Source: Bacteroidia bacterium (GTDB lineage: Bacteria; Bacteroidota; Bacteroidia; UKL13-3). From it: DNA of 64,000 nt. Both the position numbers and the translations under genes were made by a program. Shown in pieces: positions 1 through 10,600 of the stretch. Numbering within the stretch: position 1 is the first letter of the stretch; every line of letters starts with the position of its first letter. The notes beneath the pieces are model-generated. The model ran no database searches. It saw only the letters and a list, made by a program, of their open reading frames with translations, and was not told where the DNA came from. The stretch lies in assembly GCA_965279165.1 (NCBI GenBank), contig OZ257140.1:3029669-3093668 (forward strand), in the 5' to 3' direction.

Positions 1-2
1 CA

Positions 3-2060
3 TCTGCTGATAAAAGTACCGTTTGTCAAAACGATACCGTACGTTTCACCGGTGGTGGTTTAAATAACCCAACCGGTTTTATGTGGTCGATACCAAGTGC
101 AACATTTGTTTTAGGAACCAGTCAAACTTCTCAAAATCCGGTTGTGATATTCTCAGGTAGCAGCGGAAATAAAAGTGTGAGTTTGATCACAAGCAATGCG
201 AATGGAAATTCACAATTAGCATCTTTGAGTATACTTGTTAATGCCTTACCGGCCAATACTACAACTCCTTCAGGTAATGTTTCTATATGCGGAAACGATT
301 CCTTAACAATTACCGCTGCTTCAGGAAGTGGATATACCTATTTATGGTCTCCCGGTGCTGCAACCACACAAAGTATTAAGGTTGGTAATTCAGGTTCATA
401 TAATGTAAAAGTAACCAATACCAATACCGGATGTGTTAGAACAAGCGGTAATGTTGTAGTTACCAAAAGAACTTTACCTACAGTAACCTTAAGCAGTTCA
501 ACCGACTCAATTTGCCTAGGCGATTCGGTTACGTTCACCGCAACTGCAGGAATGAATAATTATGATTTTTACCGCGATACCACCAAGGTACAAAGTGGTG
601 CTTCTGCCAGTTTTAAAGGAGCCCCGGCAAGTGCAGCAATTCAATATACTGTTTACGGTACGGATGGAAATGGATGCAAGAGCCTTGTTAGTAACGCTAA
701 AAGCATAACGGTTCAAACTCCTTTGGCAGCTCCAACAGTTAGCTGTGGAACAACAACCATTACCAGTATCCAATTTAATTGGACAGCAGTTTCCGGAGCT
801 GATGGTTATGAAGCAAGTATCGATACAGGTAAAACCTGGTTTACGCCATCTTCTGGTGCAACCGGTTTAAGCCATGATGTTACCGGACTAACTGGAGGAA
901 CAAGAATTAATTTGCGCGTTCGTGCTATCCAAACTTCCGGAAAATGTAGCAAAGGCGATGCAGGTGTTACTACTTGCCAATCAACCGGATGTGCAGCAGT
1001 TACCTTTAACTTGGCGTATGATAGTGTTTATTGTAACCCACAATCAACAGATTCTGCTACTATCACAGTGGGTTCTGTAAATACAACCAATTATTCTGTT
1101 AAAGTTGATCAGGTAAGTTCTACAGGGGTATTCATCGCCACTATTTATCCATATTCTGCAGGCAATACGTTTAAAGTTAAATTAAGTGGAACCACTTCTT
1201 TATATTTTAGATTTAACGTATTGGATTCCAATCAGGTTACATGTCCGGCAGGTACTAAAACAGCCATGGTTAAAGGTGTGTTTTCTCCGGCAACCGATCC
1301 AACTATCACATTTGGCAAGACAGGAACCAATGTATTATGCGACAGAGAGTCCGCTACATTTACCTTCAACAAGCCAACCGGTACCGATAAGTATGAGATC
1401 ATGAACAACACCACCTCTCTTGGATTTACTACTTTACAAACAGCCACTTATCCATCGTCAACTTTTGCCACCAATGATATGGTTACCGTTGTAGCGATTA
1501 ATAATGCAACCGGTTGTGGTAGAAAATCCTCTCCATTTACCATTGTTCGCAAAGCCGATCCAAAAGCAGGCTTTATTATTACTACAGACTCGAGTCGTGT
1601 AGTTCAGTTTAATGATACCACAACAGGAGCAACAGCGTGGGCTTGGAAATTTGGAGACAATGGTACATCAACTGTTCAAAATCCAAACCACACTTATGCC
1701 ATTAACGGAACTTATAATGTAACTTTAACGGTTACTACAGGCGACCAATGTAAAAGCGATACAGCCGCCAAGCCGGTTAAGTTAAACTCCGGTTTATTTG
1801 CTATCGAAGGTGTTGGACAGGTTGAATTTTATCCGAATCCGGTTAAAAATATCCTGAATATTCGCCTTGATGGGGTTAATATGAATGGATCTGATATGGT
1901 ATTTGAAATAAAGGATTTGCAAGGAAAAGTAGTTAAATCATATAAAGGTAATAACCAAAGCAATTACCAAATCGATATGAATGATTTAAATAGTGCTCCT
2001 TATATTTTGATTATCAAAACAGGAAATGAGCAAAAAGCATTTCCTATCATCAAAGAATAA
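3..2060 (+). CDS. T9SS type A sorting domain protein with Ig-like, FN3 and PKD domains (5'-truncated by window edge)
   Basis: Frame is open from position 3, upstream of the listed Met at 81; Ser/Thr-rich beta modules, FN3-like 'SIQFNWTAVSGADGYE', PKD 'WAWKFGDNGTSTVQNPNHTY', C-terminal 'FYPNPV...IIKE' T9SS CTD. Confidence 0.85.
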   Translation, partial: SADKSTVCQNDTVRFTGGGLNNPTGFMWSIPSATFVLGTSQTSQNPVVIFSGSSGNKSVSLITSNANGNSQLASLSILVNALPANTTTPSGNVSICGNDSLTITAASGSGYTYLWSPGAATTQSIKVGNSGSYNVKVTNTNTGCVRTSGNVVVTKRTLPTVTLSSSTDSICLGDSVTFTATAGMNNYDFYRDTTKVQSGASASFKGAPASAAIQYTVYGTDGNGCKSLVSNAKSITVQTPLAAPTVSCGTTTITSIQFNWTAVSGADGYEASIDTGKTWFTPSSGATGLSHDVTGLTGGTRINLRVRAIQTSGKCSKGDAGVTTCQSTGCAAVTFNLAYDSVYCNPQSTDSATITVGSVNTTNYSVKVDQVSSTGVFIATIYPYSAGNTFKVKLSGTTSLYFRFNVLDSNQVTCPAGTKTAMVKGVFSPATDPTITFGKTGTNVLCDRESATFTFNKPTGTDKYEIMNNTTSLGFTTLQTATYPSSTFATNDMVTVVAINNATGCGRKSSPFTIVRKADPKAGFIITTDSSRVVQFNDTTTGATAWAWKFGDNGTSTVQNPNHTYAINGTYNVTLTVTTGDQCKSDTAAKPVKLNSGLFAIEGVGQVEFYPNPVKNILNIRLDGVNMNGSDMVFEIKDLQGKVVKSYKGNNQSNYQIDMNDLNSAPYILIIKTGNEQKAFPIIKE

Positions 2061-2065
2061 CATTA

Positions 2066-3199
2066 CTAATAGTAGATAATCTCTACTCTTCGGTTAAGTG
2101 CCCGGCTGGTTTTGTCCTTGTTTTTGGACAAAGGTCGGGCACTTCCTTTTGTGGTTGTTTTGGTTTTTACCGCTTTAACGCCATAGGTGATCAATAAATT
2201 ATCTATTGTTTTCGCCCTTTCCAGTCCCAAATGCATGTTGTTCTTTTCTAATCCAAATGGTTCTGTATGACCAGTAATTTGTATGCTATCAAATGTTCGG
2301 TTGCGCATCAAATCCATATGTTTTATCAGATGCAGCATACTTTCCTCGCTTAATATCGATTCGTTATAAGGGAATTCAACCACATAGGATGCTGATTTTA
2401 CGGCAGATTTCTTCTTTTTCAATGGTTTAGTAGCCGTTTTAAAGGATACAGCCCGAAGAAATATTCCCGAATCATATTCGCAATCGCCTGCATCAGCAAG
2501 AATAATTTTTAACCGATAAGGGATTCCCGGTTTTACTTTACATCCGGCAAATAAAGGTTTGGAGTAACCATCTAACTCGATTTCATGGTAGTTTTCACAG
2601 CTATGGTCGTCGTTTCGTACAAACCAGCCGGCATTTTTATTTGCATTTAAGTAGTTGATATGTACGGGAGATTTATCCGGTAAAATTGCCAGATTTTTGA
2701 ACTTGTTTGTTTTTTGATTTAAAGGATAGATATAAATACCCACCATATCCCCATATTCTTTAGCCACAAATTCAGGATATTCCTCCGACCCAAATACATA
2801 ATCCAAACAAACCGAGTCGCGGTTTGCAATAAAGTCGATGGTTAAAGAAACGCCATCACATAAACCGGTTGGTAATGGAATATCGCCATCGCTAAAGAAG
2901 TGGTTACTGAAATTGGCTCCTGCATTTGCCCGGCTATTTGGACCAACCACTTGTTCGGCCAAACCGGTTGTAAGAACAATACCTGAATCGAATCCGATGG
3001 ATGTGATGCCGTTTGTGAAAAAGCCGATAGAGGAGGGGTTTCCAACGAATTCGGATGTGATTTGTTTAATACCACTTGATGCAAGGAAGTTGCTAAAATT
3101 AGAAGGCGGAATTATCGAATCGTTTTCCACCTTTACCTTTATTTGGGCATTGGAATTAACAGAAAGAGCAAATAGGATAAGTAAGATAACAATCCGCAT
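2066..3199 (-). CDS. Choice-of-anchor L-like domain protein with C-terminal OmpA-like peptidoglycan-binding domain
   Basis: Signal peptide from MRIVILL (3199); motifs 'SGIVLTTG', 'YVFGSEEYPEFV', 'IILADAGDCEYDSGIFL'; OmpA C-domain 'ITGHTE...N..LG.ERA...NRRVEI'. Confidence 0.8.
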   Translation of the reverse strand: MRIVILLILFALSVNSNAQIKVKVENDSIIPPSNFSNFLASSGIKQITSEFVGNPSSIGFFTNGITSIGFDSGIVLTTGLAEQVVGPNSRANAGANFSNHFFSDGDIPLPTGLCDGVSLTIDFIANRDSVCLDYVFGSEEYPEFVAKEYGDMVGIYIYPLNQKTNKFKNLAILPDKSPVHINYLNANKNAGWFVRNDDHSCENYHEIELDGYSKPLFAGCKVKPGIPYRLKIILADAGDCEYDSGIFLRAVSFKTATKPLKKKKSAVKSASYVVEFPYNESILSEESMLHLIKHMDLMRNRTFDSIQITGHTEPFGLEKNNMHLGLERAKTIDNLLITYGVKAVKTKTTTKGSARPLSKNKDKTSRALNRRVEIIYY

Positions 3200-3222
3200 G
3201 GTACGAATATAAACAGTAAAAC

Positions 3223-3255
3223 AAAAAAAAAGCGCGTTGTGCAAGTACAACGCGC
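3223..3255 (-). terminator. Rho-independent terminator of the 3278-7393 gene
   Basis: GCGCGTTGT-gcaagt-ACAACGCGC hairpin next to an A9 run (U-tract on the minus strand). Confidence 0.85.
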
Positions 3256-3277
3256 GTTAACGAGTAACCAGATTTTC

Positions 3278-6200
3278 TTATTTATTGATGGTAATCTTGG
3301 TGGTAAATGTTTTTGCACTTCCTTCTATTCTCATCAGATACATTCCTTCATTTTCGTTGCTCAGATCGATCTGGAAGGTACCCGAATTGCGCTCATTGCG
3401 GATGTCTTTAACAAGCGCTCCTGCAATATTGTATATTTTGATATTGCGAATTTCACCTTGTGCAAGTTCTATATTAAATATGCCTTTGCTTGGGTTAGGA
3501 TATACGTGTACAGGATTGGTAGCTGCTTGTATTTGTGCAATGCCTGTAGCAGGAAGCAATTGTAGGAATCTTTGTTTTTGTTGTGCTTTATTTCCTGAAC
3601 CATCCGTAGCATCGTATTTGATTGCATAAGTACCTGCTTGTTCCAACGGTATAGTAGCGGAGTTATCGCTGATAATCGGTTTTGGATCATAGTTATCGGT
3701 AACTTTAATCGAACCCGGGTTAGCATCAATTAACTGTAAGATTTGTTCTTTGGTTTTGGTTCCCATTACAACCACAACCGGATTTTCTCCTAACACAGTA
3801 ATAATTGGGGCATCCAAATCCCTAACTTTTATTAAACGGTTAACTGTTTCCGTGTTGCCAAATTCATCGGTTGCCGAATAGGTTCTGTAATAATTACCAA
3901 TGGTATTGATATTCAATTCATCTTTACTTACTTCAACCTGCAAGCTGTTGTTAAAGTAATCTTTTGCAACGGCTTTAGGGTCGTTGTAGGATGTAAATAC
4001 TTTAACAGTAACTTCTGATGCACCTACCAATGAAATGATTGGTTTGAAAGTATTGGTAACTTTAACATAAAGGGTATAGGTAGCCGAAACATTTCCGGAA
4101 CCATCGGTAGCTACATAGGAGAGAGGGTAAATACCTTGTTTTTCGATATCAATCGGGTTGCTGTTGGCAGTACGAACCGGAACAATATTGGTCCAATAGT
4201 TATCATCCACACGGAGGTACACTTGTTCGTCGAAAGGTGTTTTAATCTGATGAACCACTAAATTGGTATCGTTGATGGTACGGGTATGGATACTAGGTTT
4301 TTCGGTATCTCTCACGATAATGACACGTTGTTTGGTAGCAATAAAACCAAAAGCATCTGCAACCGTATAGGTATAATTATACACCCCAACATTGGCAGTA
4401 TCCAAGTTTTTGGTGGTTAACATATTAGAGGTAATATCTGAACCATTATTGTCTTTAGCAGTTGCACCGGCATCGGTATACGAATCTTTTCTTACTTCCA
4501 GAATTACGGTATCACTGCCATTTAGGGTGATTTTTGGTCCGGTTTGGTTTAACTCAACTTGAACCGTACGGATAACAGTATCCGAAATATTTCCATAATA
4601 ATCCGACACCACATATTTTACGGTATAATAACCAACATGGTTAACATCTACATCGCTAATTTGAGTCAATCGACCGGAAATATCTCCTTCGATATTATCC
4701 ATGGCCGTAGCACCGGAATCAATATAAGTGAGGTTAATTTCTGTTTTGGTAACCGAAGAACCTTTTAGGGTAATTACCGGTTTGGTATTGTCTTTACCGA
4801 TAGTTACGCCATGTTCTTCGTACACACCAAGAGTAGCCGAATATGGCGTGATAGTGGAGAATGCTGCACTGGCACCTACAAGCATACGGGAAACCCCGAT
4901 GGAAGCATTAGCAGGAACAGTGAACTCCTTGGAGTACTTAACATTTAATTTGCGGTCTTCGCTTATAATGGTTTCGCCAGCATCCAGGTAATTGGCATTG
5001 CGGTTAAAATCTAGCCAAACACGCAGGTTCATCGAATCCTGAGGACTATCACCGCGGTATACATCCACGGTATATTTACCACCTCTGTAAACGGTTGTTT
5101 TACTCAAGTTGTACATAGGTTGGTAAGCACTTCCATCTGTAGGTTTTAGAGAAGTAGTGGTGTCAATTCTTCCAATGTTTCCTATCAAAGTAACGCGAAC
5201 AATACCAAAGTCTTCTACAGAGCTGGTTGGGGTAAACTGGCTACCGGGACTAGGGTAGGAGATAGTAGTGATATAATTGGTTTTCTTTTTGGTACTGTTT
5301 CCAAAAGCATTGGTAGCAGTTAAGGTAACGCTGTAGTTGGTATTGGTATGCAAGAACACAATTGGGTTTTGGCTGGTCGAATCCGTTCCGCCTAAATACG
5401 ACAGATTGTTAGGCTCAAAGCGCCATTTCCATTGGTTTGCACCATTGAAACTCATGTCGTATAATGCAAAAGTATCGGTAGTTAAACCTGTTGTTTTATT
5501 AACAGTAAAATCGGCAAAAGGGGCAAGGTTAGTAGGTAATACCAGGAAAGTTTTGCAAACCGTATCGCTGCTTACACAGTTGTATGCTTTTAAACAAACG
5601 GTTTTGTTGGTGGCTACCGAAACATTATAAACCATGGATGGATTCACATTGGTTGAATCAATACCTAAACTAGGTTTATCTTTTCCAAATACGCCATCAT
5701 CGTTGGTATCCCAAGCATAATTTACATATTTACCGGAGCTTTGGTTTTGGAATATCACTTTATAACCTGAATAAATGGTATCAGGAGAGGTAAATGCAGC
5801 AACCGGAGGAGCATAAGTTGCAGCTGTTGATGACCAACGAATTAAGAATCCGGAATCTTTTACAATGGTAGTAGGGGTGTTGGGAGCAACCGGCACATAA
5901 GTTATATATACATTTTGACCAACAAACTTTAACGTTTTTAAAGAGTCTTTGTAAGCAGTGATATCATTTCCGCCAAAGCGACGAAGTACACCAGCGCCAG
6001 GGAGTGTACTCGTTTTGATATACAATGAATCGCCTGGTACATTTAGGTTGCCATTTTTACGCAAACGCAAACGCTCTAAGGTAAGCGTAATGGTATCGGC
6101 GCATGGTGCAATACGGAATCCTTGGGCACAACCGCTGGCTATGTATTGCATATCGGCACTGTTAACCAATGTTGGCATCACTGCACCTTCGGATGTAGTA

Positions 6201-7393
6201 GCGGCCGTATCGCTACCATTACACATTTGGAAACCTGGGATAACTTTGAGATAAGCATCTTGACAGAATGTATCGGCACCCATAGCATTGCTAACGGCTA
6301 AACAAACTTTATAAGTTCCTGGGTCGGCAGCTACTAAATAAGGAGTCCCTGCTGAATCATTTTTTACACCATTATAGAAAAATTCATTTTTATACAATCC
6401 ACAAGTATAACAAGGAGGATCAAGGTACCATTTCCATTTGGTTGGACCATCATAACTCATATCGCTAAATTGAGAACGATCGTAAACCGCTAATTGGCGT
6501 TTAGAAGCAAAGAATAGGGACTTTGGTTTGCGAAGCGGATTACTAACAAACACCGATTTTTCTACAAAACTGGTACCGTATTTATTGGCTGTAAATAATT
6601 TAACCAAGTAATGGCCAGCAGTAGGGAAGGTATAATAAAAATTGTTGTTATGAACTACTGTATCTAACCATGTTCCACGAGTATTGGTTTGTTGGATATC
6701 TCCTGGATTGGAATATGGTGACCAAGGGCCATTTGCACTGACATTACTATAACCGGTTATTTGCCAGTAGTTGGTATCTGAAAAACTGGAGGTATTAACC
6801 AATACACTTGGAGAGCCTGACCATAAAGTGTCGGCATTATTCTGGGGAATAAAATTTGCCAGCGGAGCAATTTTGGGATTATTAGAAGGATTTGCCGCCC
6901 AAATTTCAATTTCTCTAAAATTCATATTGGACAATTGCGACCCGGAAGCTAAAAAAGAAGTGAGTCGTAAACGTGTTGAGGTATAAATTGCAGGAAGCGT
7001 AACTGTATTGCTACAATTGGTATTGGGAAGATTTTGGAAATTAAAAATAGTATACCATGATGACCCATTCCATAATTGAACAGTGGCACCAGCTAAAAAT
7101 CGCGTTGCCGTTTGTGCATGGTGAATGGTAAAGCTATTGAAAGAAACTTCACCCGGCCATGTAAAATCAAGGTACTCAACACCAGGGGTAGTACTTGGAG
7201 GAGTACCGGTAGAAATCCACATTTGTTGGCTGCCGCAAGTTCCAAAATTTAAATCATTAAGGGTGCTACAAGCACCTGTATTACATGTACTTGCTGATGC
7301 TATTGCATTTGGTGCAATATTGGTTTGTGCATAACTTTCAATGCTAAAAAGCGTTGTTGTTATAAATAAAAAGATATGGTATATATTTTTCAT
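3278..7393 (-). CDS. Large T9SS-secreted surface protein, paralogue A (discoidin-like N-terminal domain, PKD, GEVED, DUF5011/Ig-like repeats, CTD)
   Basis: Signal peptide; PKD motifs 'KWKWRF..YSVTLTATNAFG'; GEVED-like 'LRVWLDFNRN..Y.DAGE'; repeated 'KPVITLKG...DSGATAMDNIEGDIS'; CTD 'VYPNPSKG...KITINK'. Confidence 0.9.
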   Translation of the reverse strand: MKNIYHIFLFITTTLFSIESYAQTNIAPNAIASASTCNTGACSTLNDLNFGTCGSQQMWISTGTPPSTTPGVEYLDFTWPGEVSFNSFTIHHAQTATRFLAGATVQLWNGSSWYTIFNFQNLPNTNCSNTVTLPAIYTSTRLRLTSFLASGSQLSNMNFREIEIWAANPSNNPKIAPLANFIPQNNADTLWSGSPSVLVNTSSFSDTNYWQITGYSNVSANGPWSPYSNPGDIQQTNTRGTWLDTVVHNNNFYYTFPTAGHYLVKLFTANKYGTSFVEKSVFVSNPLRKPKSLFFASKRQLAVYDRSQFSDMSYDGPTKWKWYLDPPCYTCGLYKNEFFYNGVKNDSAGTPYLVAADPGTYKVCLAVSNAMGADTFCQDAYLKVIPGFQMCNGSDTAATTSEGAVMPTLVNSADMQYIASGCAQGFRIAPCADTITLTLERLRLRKNGNLNVPGDSLYIKTSTLPGAGVLRRFGGNDITAYKDSLKTLKFVGQNVYITYVPVAPNTPTTIVKDSGFLIRWSSTAATYAPPVAAFTSPDTIYSGYKVIFQNQSSGKYVNYAWDTNDDGVFGKDKPSLGIDSTNVNPSMVYNVSVATNKTVCLKAYNCVSSDTVCKTFLVLPTNLAPFADFTVNKTTGLTTDTFALYDMSFNGANQWKWRFEPNNLSYLGGTDSTSQNPIVFLHTNTNYSVTLTATNAFGNSTKKKTNYITTISYPSPGSQFTPTSSVEDFGIVRVTLIGNIGRIDTTTSLKPTDGSAYQPMYNLSKTTVYRGGKYTVDVYRGDSPQDSMNLRVWLDFNRNANYLDAGETIISEDRKLNVKYSKEFTVPANASIGVSRMLVGASAAFSTITPYSATLGVYEEHGVTIGKDNTKPVITLKGSSVTKTEINLTYIDSGATAMDNIEGDISGRLTQISDVDVNHVGYYTVKYVVSDYYGNISDTVIRTVQVELNQTGPKITLNGSDTVILEVRKDSYTDAGATAKDNNGSDITSNMLTTKNLDTANVGVYNYTYTVADAFGFIATKQRVIIVRDTEKPSIHTRTINDTNLVVHQIKTPFDEQVYLRVDDNYWTNIVPVRTANSNPIDIEKQGIYPLSYVATDGSGNVSATYTLYVKVTNTFKPIISLVGASEVTVKVFTSYNDPKAVAKDYFNNSLQVEVSKDELNINTIGNYYRTYSATDEFGNTETVNRLIKVRDLDAPIITVLGENPVVVVMGTKTKEQILQLIDANPGSIKVTDNYDPKPIISDNSATIPLEQAGTYAIKYDATDGSGNKAQQKQRFLQLLPATGIAQIQAATNPVHVYPNPSKGIFNIELAQGEIRNIKIYNIAGALVKDIRNERNSGTFQIDLSNENEGMYLMRIEGSAKTFTTKITINK

Positions 7394-7549
7394 AAAATGT
7401 TAATTGCCTGTTAGTTATAGTTCACTTATCTAATTAAATAAGTACAATTTTGTTGGTATAAAATTGTTTATTTAAACCTGCACAAGTTACGAATTATTTT
7501 GAGAAAATAAAAACACTGAAGAATAAGCTTCCTATCTACATCAACCAAC

Positions 7550-7585
7550 AAAAAAAACGCGCGTTGTACTTGTACAACGCGCGTT
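7550..7585 (-). terminator. Rho-independent terminator of the 7605-11807 gene (duplicate of 3223-3255)
   Basis: CGCGCGTTGTAC-tt-GTACAACGCGCG hairpin with adjacent A-run. Confidence 0.85.
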
Positions 7586-7604
7586 AATGAGTAACCAGAT
7601 TCTC

Positions 7605-10600
7605 TTATTTATTGATGGTAATCTTGGTGGTAAATGTTTTTGCACTTCCTTCTATTCTCATCAGATACATTCCTTCATTTTCGTTGCTCAGATCGATTTG
7701 GAAGGTACCCGAATTGCGCTCATTGCGGATGTCTTTAACAAGTGCTCCTGCAATATTGTATATTTTGATATTGCGAATTTCACCTTGTGCAAGTTCTATA
7801 TTAATTATGCCTTTGCTTGGGTTAGGATATACATGTACAGGATTGGTAGCTGCTTGTATTTGTGCAATGCCTGTAGCAGGAAGCAATTGTAGGAATCTTT
7901 GTTTTTGTTGTGCTTTATTTCCGGAACCATCCGTAGCATCGTATTTGATTGCATAAGTACCTGCTTGTTCCAACGGAATTGTTGCAGAATTATCACTGAT
8001 AATTGGTTTTGGATCAAAGTTATCGGTAACCTTAATCGAGCCCGGATTGGCATCAATTAACTGTAAAATCTGTTCTTTGGTTTTTGTTCCCATTACCACT
8101 ACAACCGGATTTTCTCCTAATACTGTGATAATTGGGGCATCCAAATCCCTTACTTTAATTAAACGGTTAACTGTTTCTGTGTTGCCAAATTCATCGGTTG
8201 CAGCATAAGTTCTGTAATAGTTACCAATTTGATTGACGTTTAACTCGTCCTTGCTGATTTCTACCTGCAAGGAATTGTTAAAGTAATCTTTTGCAACGGC
8301 TTTAGGGTCGTTGTAGGATGTAAATACTTTAACAGTAACTTCTGATGCACCTACCAATGAAATGATTGGTTTGAAAGTATTGGTAACTTTAACATAAAGG
8401 GTATAGGTAGCCGAAACATTTCCGGAACCATCGGTAGCTACATAGGAGAGAGGGTAAATACCTTGTTTTTCGATATCAATTGGGTTGCTGTTGGCTGTAC
8501 GAACCGGAACGATATTGGTCCAATAGTTATCATCCACACGGAGGTACACTTGTTCGTCGAAAGGTGTTTTAATCTGATGAACCACTAAATTGGTATCGTT
8601 GATGGTACGGGTATGGATACTAGGTTTTTCGGTATCTCTCACGATAATTACACGTTGTTTGGTAGCAATAAAACCAAAAGCATCTGCAACCGTATAGGTA
8701 TAATTATACACCCCAACATTTGCAGTATCCAGGTTTTTGGTGGTTAACATATTAGAGGTAATATCTGAACCATTATTGTCTTTAGCAGTTGCACCGGCAT
8801 CGGTATACGAATCTTTTCTTACTTCCAGAATTACGGTATCACTGCCATTTAGGGTGATTTTTGGTCCGGTTTGGTTTAACTCAACTTGAACCGTACGGAT
8901 AACGGTATCCGAAATATTTCCATAATAATCCGACACCACATATTTTACGGTATAATAACCAACATGGTTAACATCTACATCGCTAATTCGAGTTAATCGA
9001 CCGGAAATATCTCCTTCGATATTATCCATTGCCGTAGCACCGGAATCAATATAAGTGAGGTTAATTTCTGTTTTGGTAACCGAAGAACCTTTTAGGGTAA
9101 TTACCGGTTTGGTATTGTCTTTACCGATAGTTACGCCATGTTCTTCGTACACACCAAGAGTAGCCGAATATGGCGTGATAGTGGAGAATGCTGCACTGGC
9201 ACCTACAAGCATACGGGAAACCCCGATGGAAGCATTAGCAGGAACAGAGAACTCCTTGGAGTACTTAACATTTAATTTGCGGTCTTCGCTTATAATGGTT
9301 TCGCCAGCATCCAAGTAATTGGCATTGCGGTTAAAATCTAGCCAAACACGCAAGTTCATCGAATCCTGAGGACTATCACCGCGGTATACATCCACGGTAT
9401 ATTTACCACCTCTGTAAACGGTTGTTTTACTCAAGTTGTACATAGGTTGGTAAGCACTTCCATCTGTAGGTTTTAGAGAAGTAGTGGTGTCAATTCTTCC
9501 AATGTTTCCTATCAAAGTAACGCGAACAATACCAAAGTCTTCTACAGAGCTGGTTGGGGTAAACTGGCTACCGGGACTAGGGTAGGAGATAGTAGTGATA
9601 TAATTGGTTTTCTTTTTGGTACTGTTTCCAAAAGCATTGGTAGCAGTTAAGGTAACGCTGTAGTTGGTATTGGTATGCAAGAACACAATTGGGTTTTGGC
9701 TGGTCGAATCCGTTCCGCCTAAATACGACAGATTGTTAGGCTCAAAGCGCCATTTCCATTGGTTTGCACCATTGAAACTCATGTCGTATAACGCAAAAGT
9801 ATCGGTAGTTAAACCTGTTGTTTTATTAACAGTAAAATCGGCAAAAGGTGCAAGGTTAGTAGGTAATACCAGGAAAGTTTTGCAAACCGTATCGCTGCTT
9901 ACACAGTTGTATGATTTTAAACAAACGGTTTTGTTGGTGGCTACCGAAACATTATAAACCATGGATGGATTAACACTGGTTGAATCAATACCTAAACTAG
10001 GTTTATCTTTTCCAAATACGCCATCATCGTTGGTATCCCAAGCATAATTTACATATTTACCGGAGCTTTGGTTTTGGAATATCACTTTATAACCTGAATA
10101 AATGGTATCAGGAGATGTAAAGGCAGCAACAGGAGCAGGGTATGTAGCAGCTGTTGAAGACCAACGGATTAAAAATCCTGAATCTTTAACGATGGTTGTA
10201 GGTGTATTTGGTGCTGCCGGAACATAGGTGATATATACGTTTTGTCCTACAAATTTCAATGTTTTTAAAGAGTCTTTGTAAGCAGTAATATCGTTACCAC
10301 CCCAGCGGCGAAGCACACCGGCACCCGGTAAAGTACTTGTTTTAATATACAACGAATCGCCGGGAGCATTGAATCCGCCATTTTTACGTAAACGCAAACG
10401 ATCTAAGGTAAGGGTAATGGTATCGGCACATGGAGCAATACGGAATCCTTGGGTACAACCACTGGCAATATATTGCATGTCGGTGCTGTTAACCAAAGTT
10501 GGCATCACTGCACCTTCGGAAGTAGTACCGGCGGTATCACTGCCATTGCACATTTGAAAACCGGGGATAACCTTTAAGTAAGCATTTTGACATAAAGTAT

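Larger units (their letters stand above)
3223..10117. repeat. Direct repeat: ~3223-5790 vs ~7550-10117 (offset 4327), the 3' parts and terminators of paralogues A and B
   Basis: Long stretches are base-for-base identical; even antisense shadow ORFs are duplicated. Confidence 0.95.
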
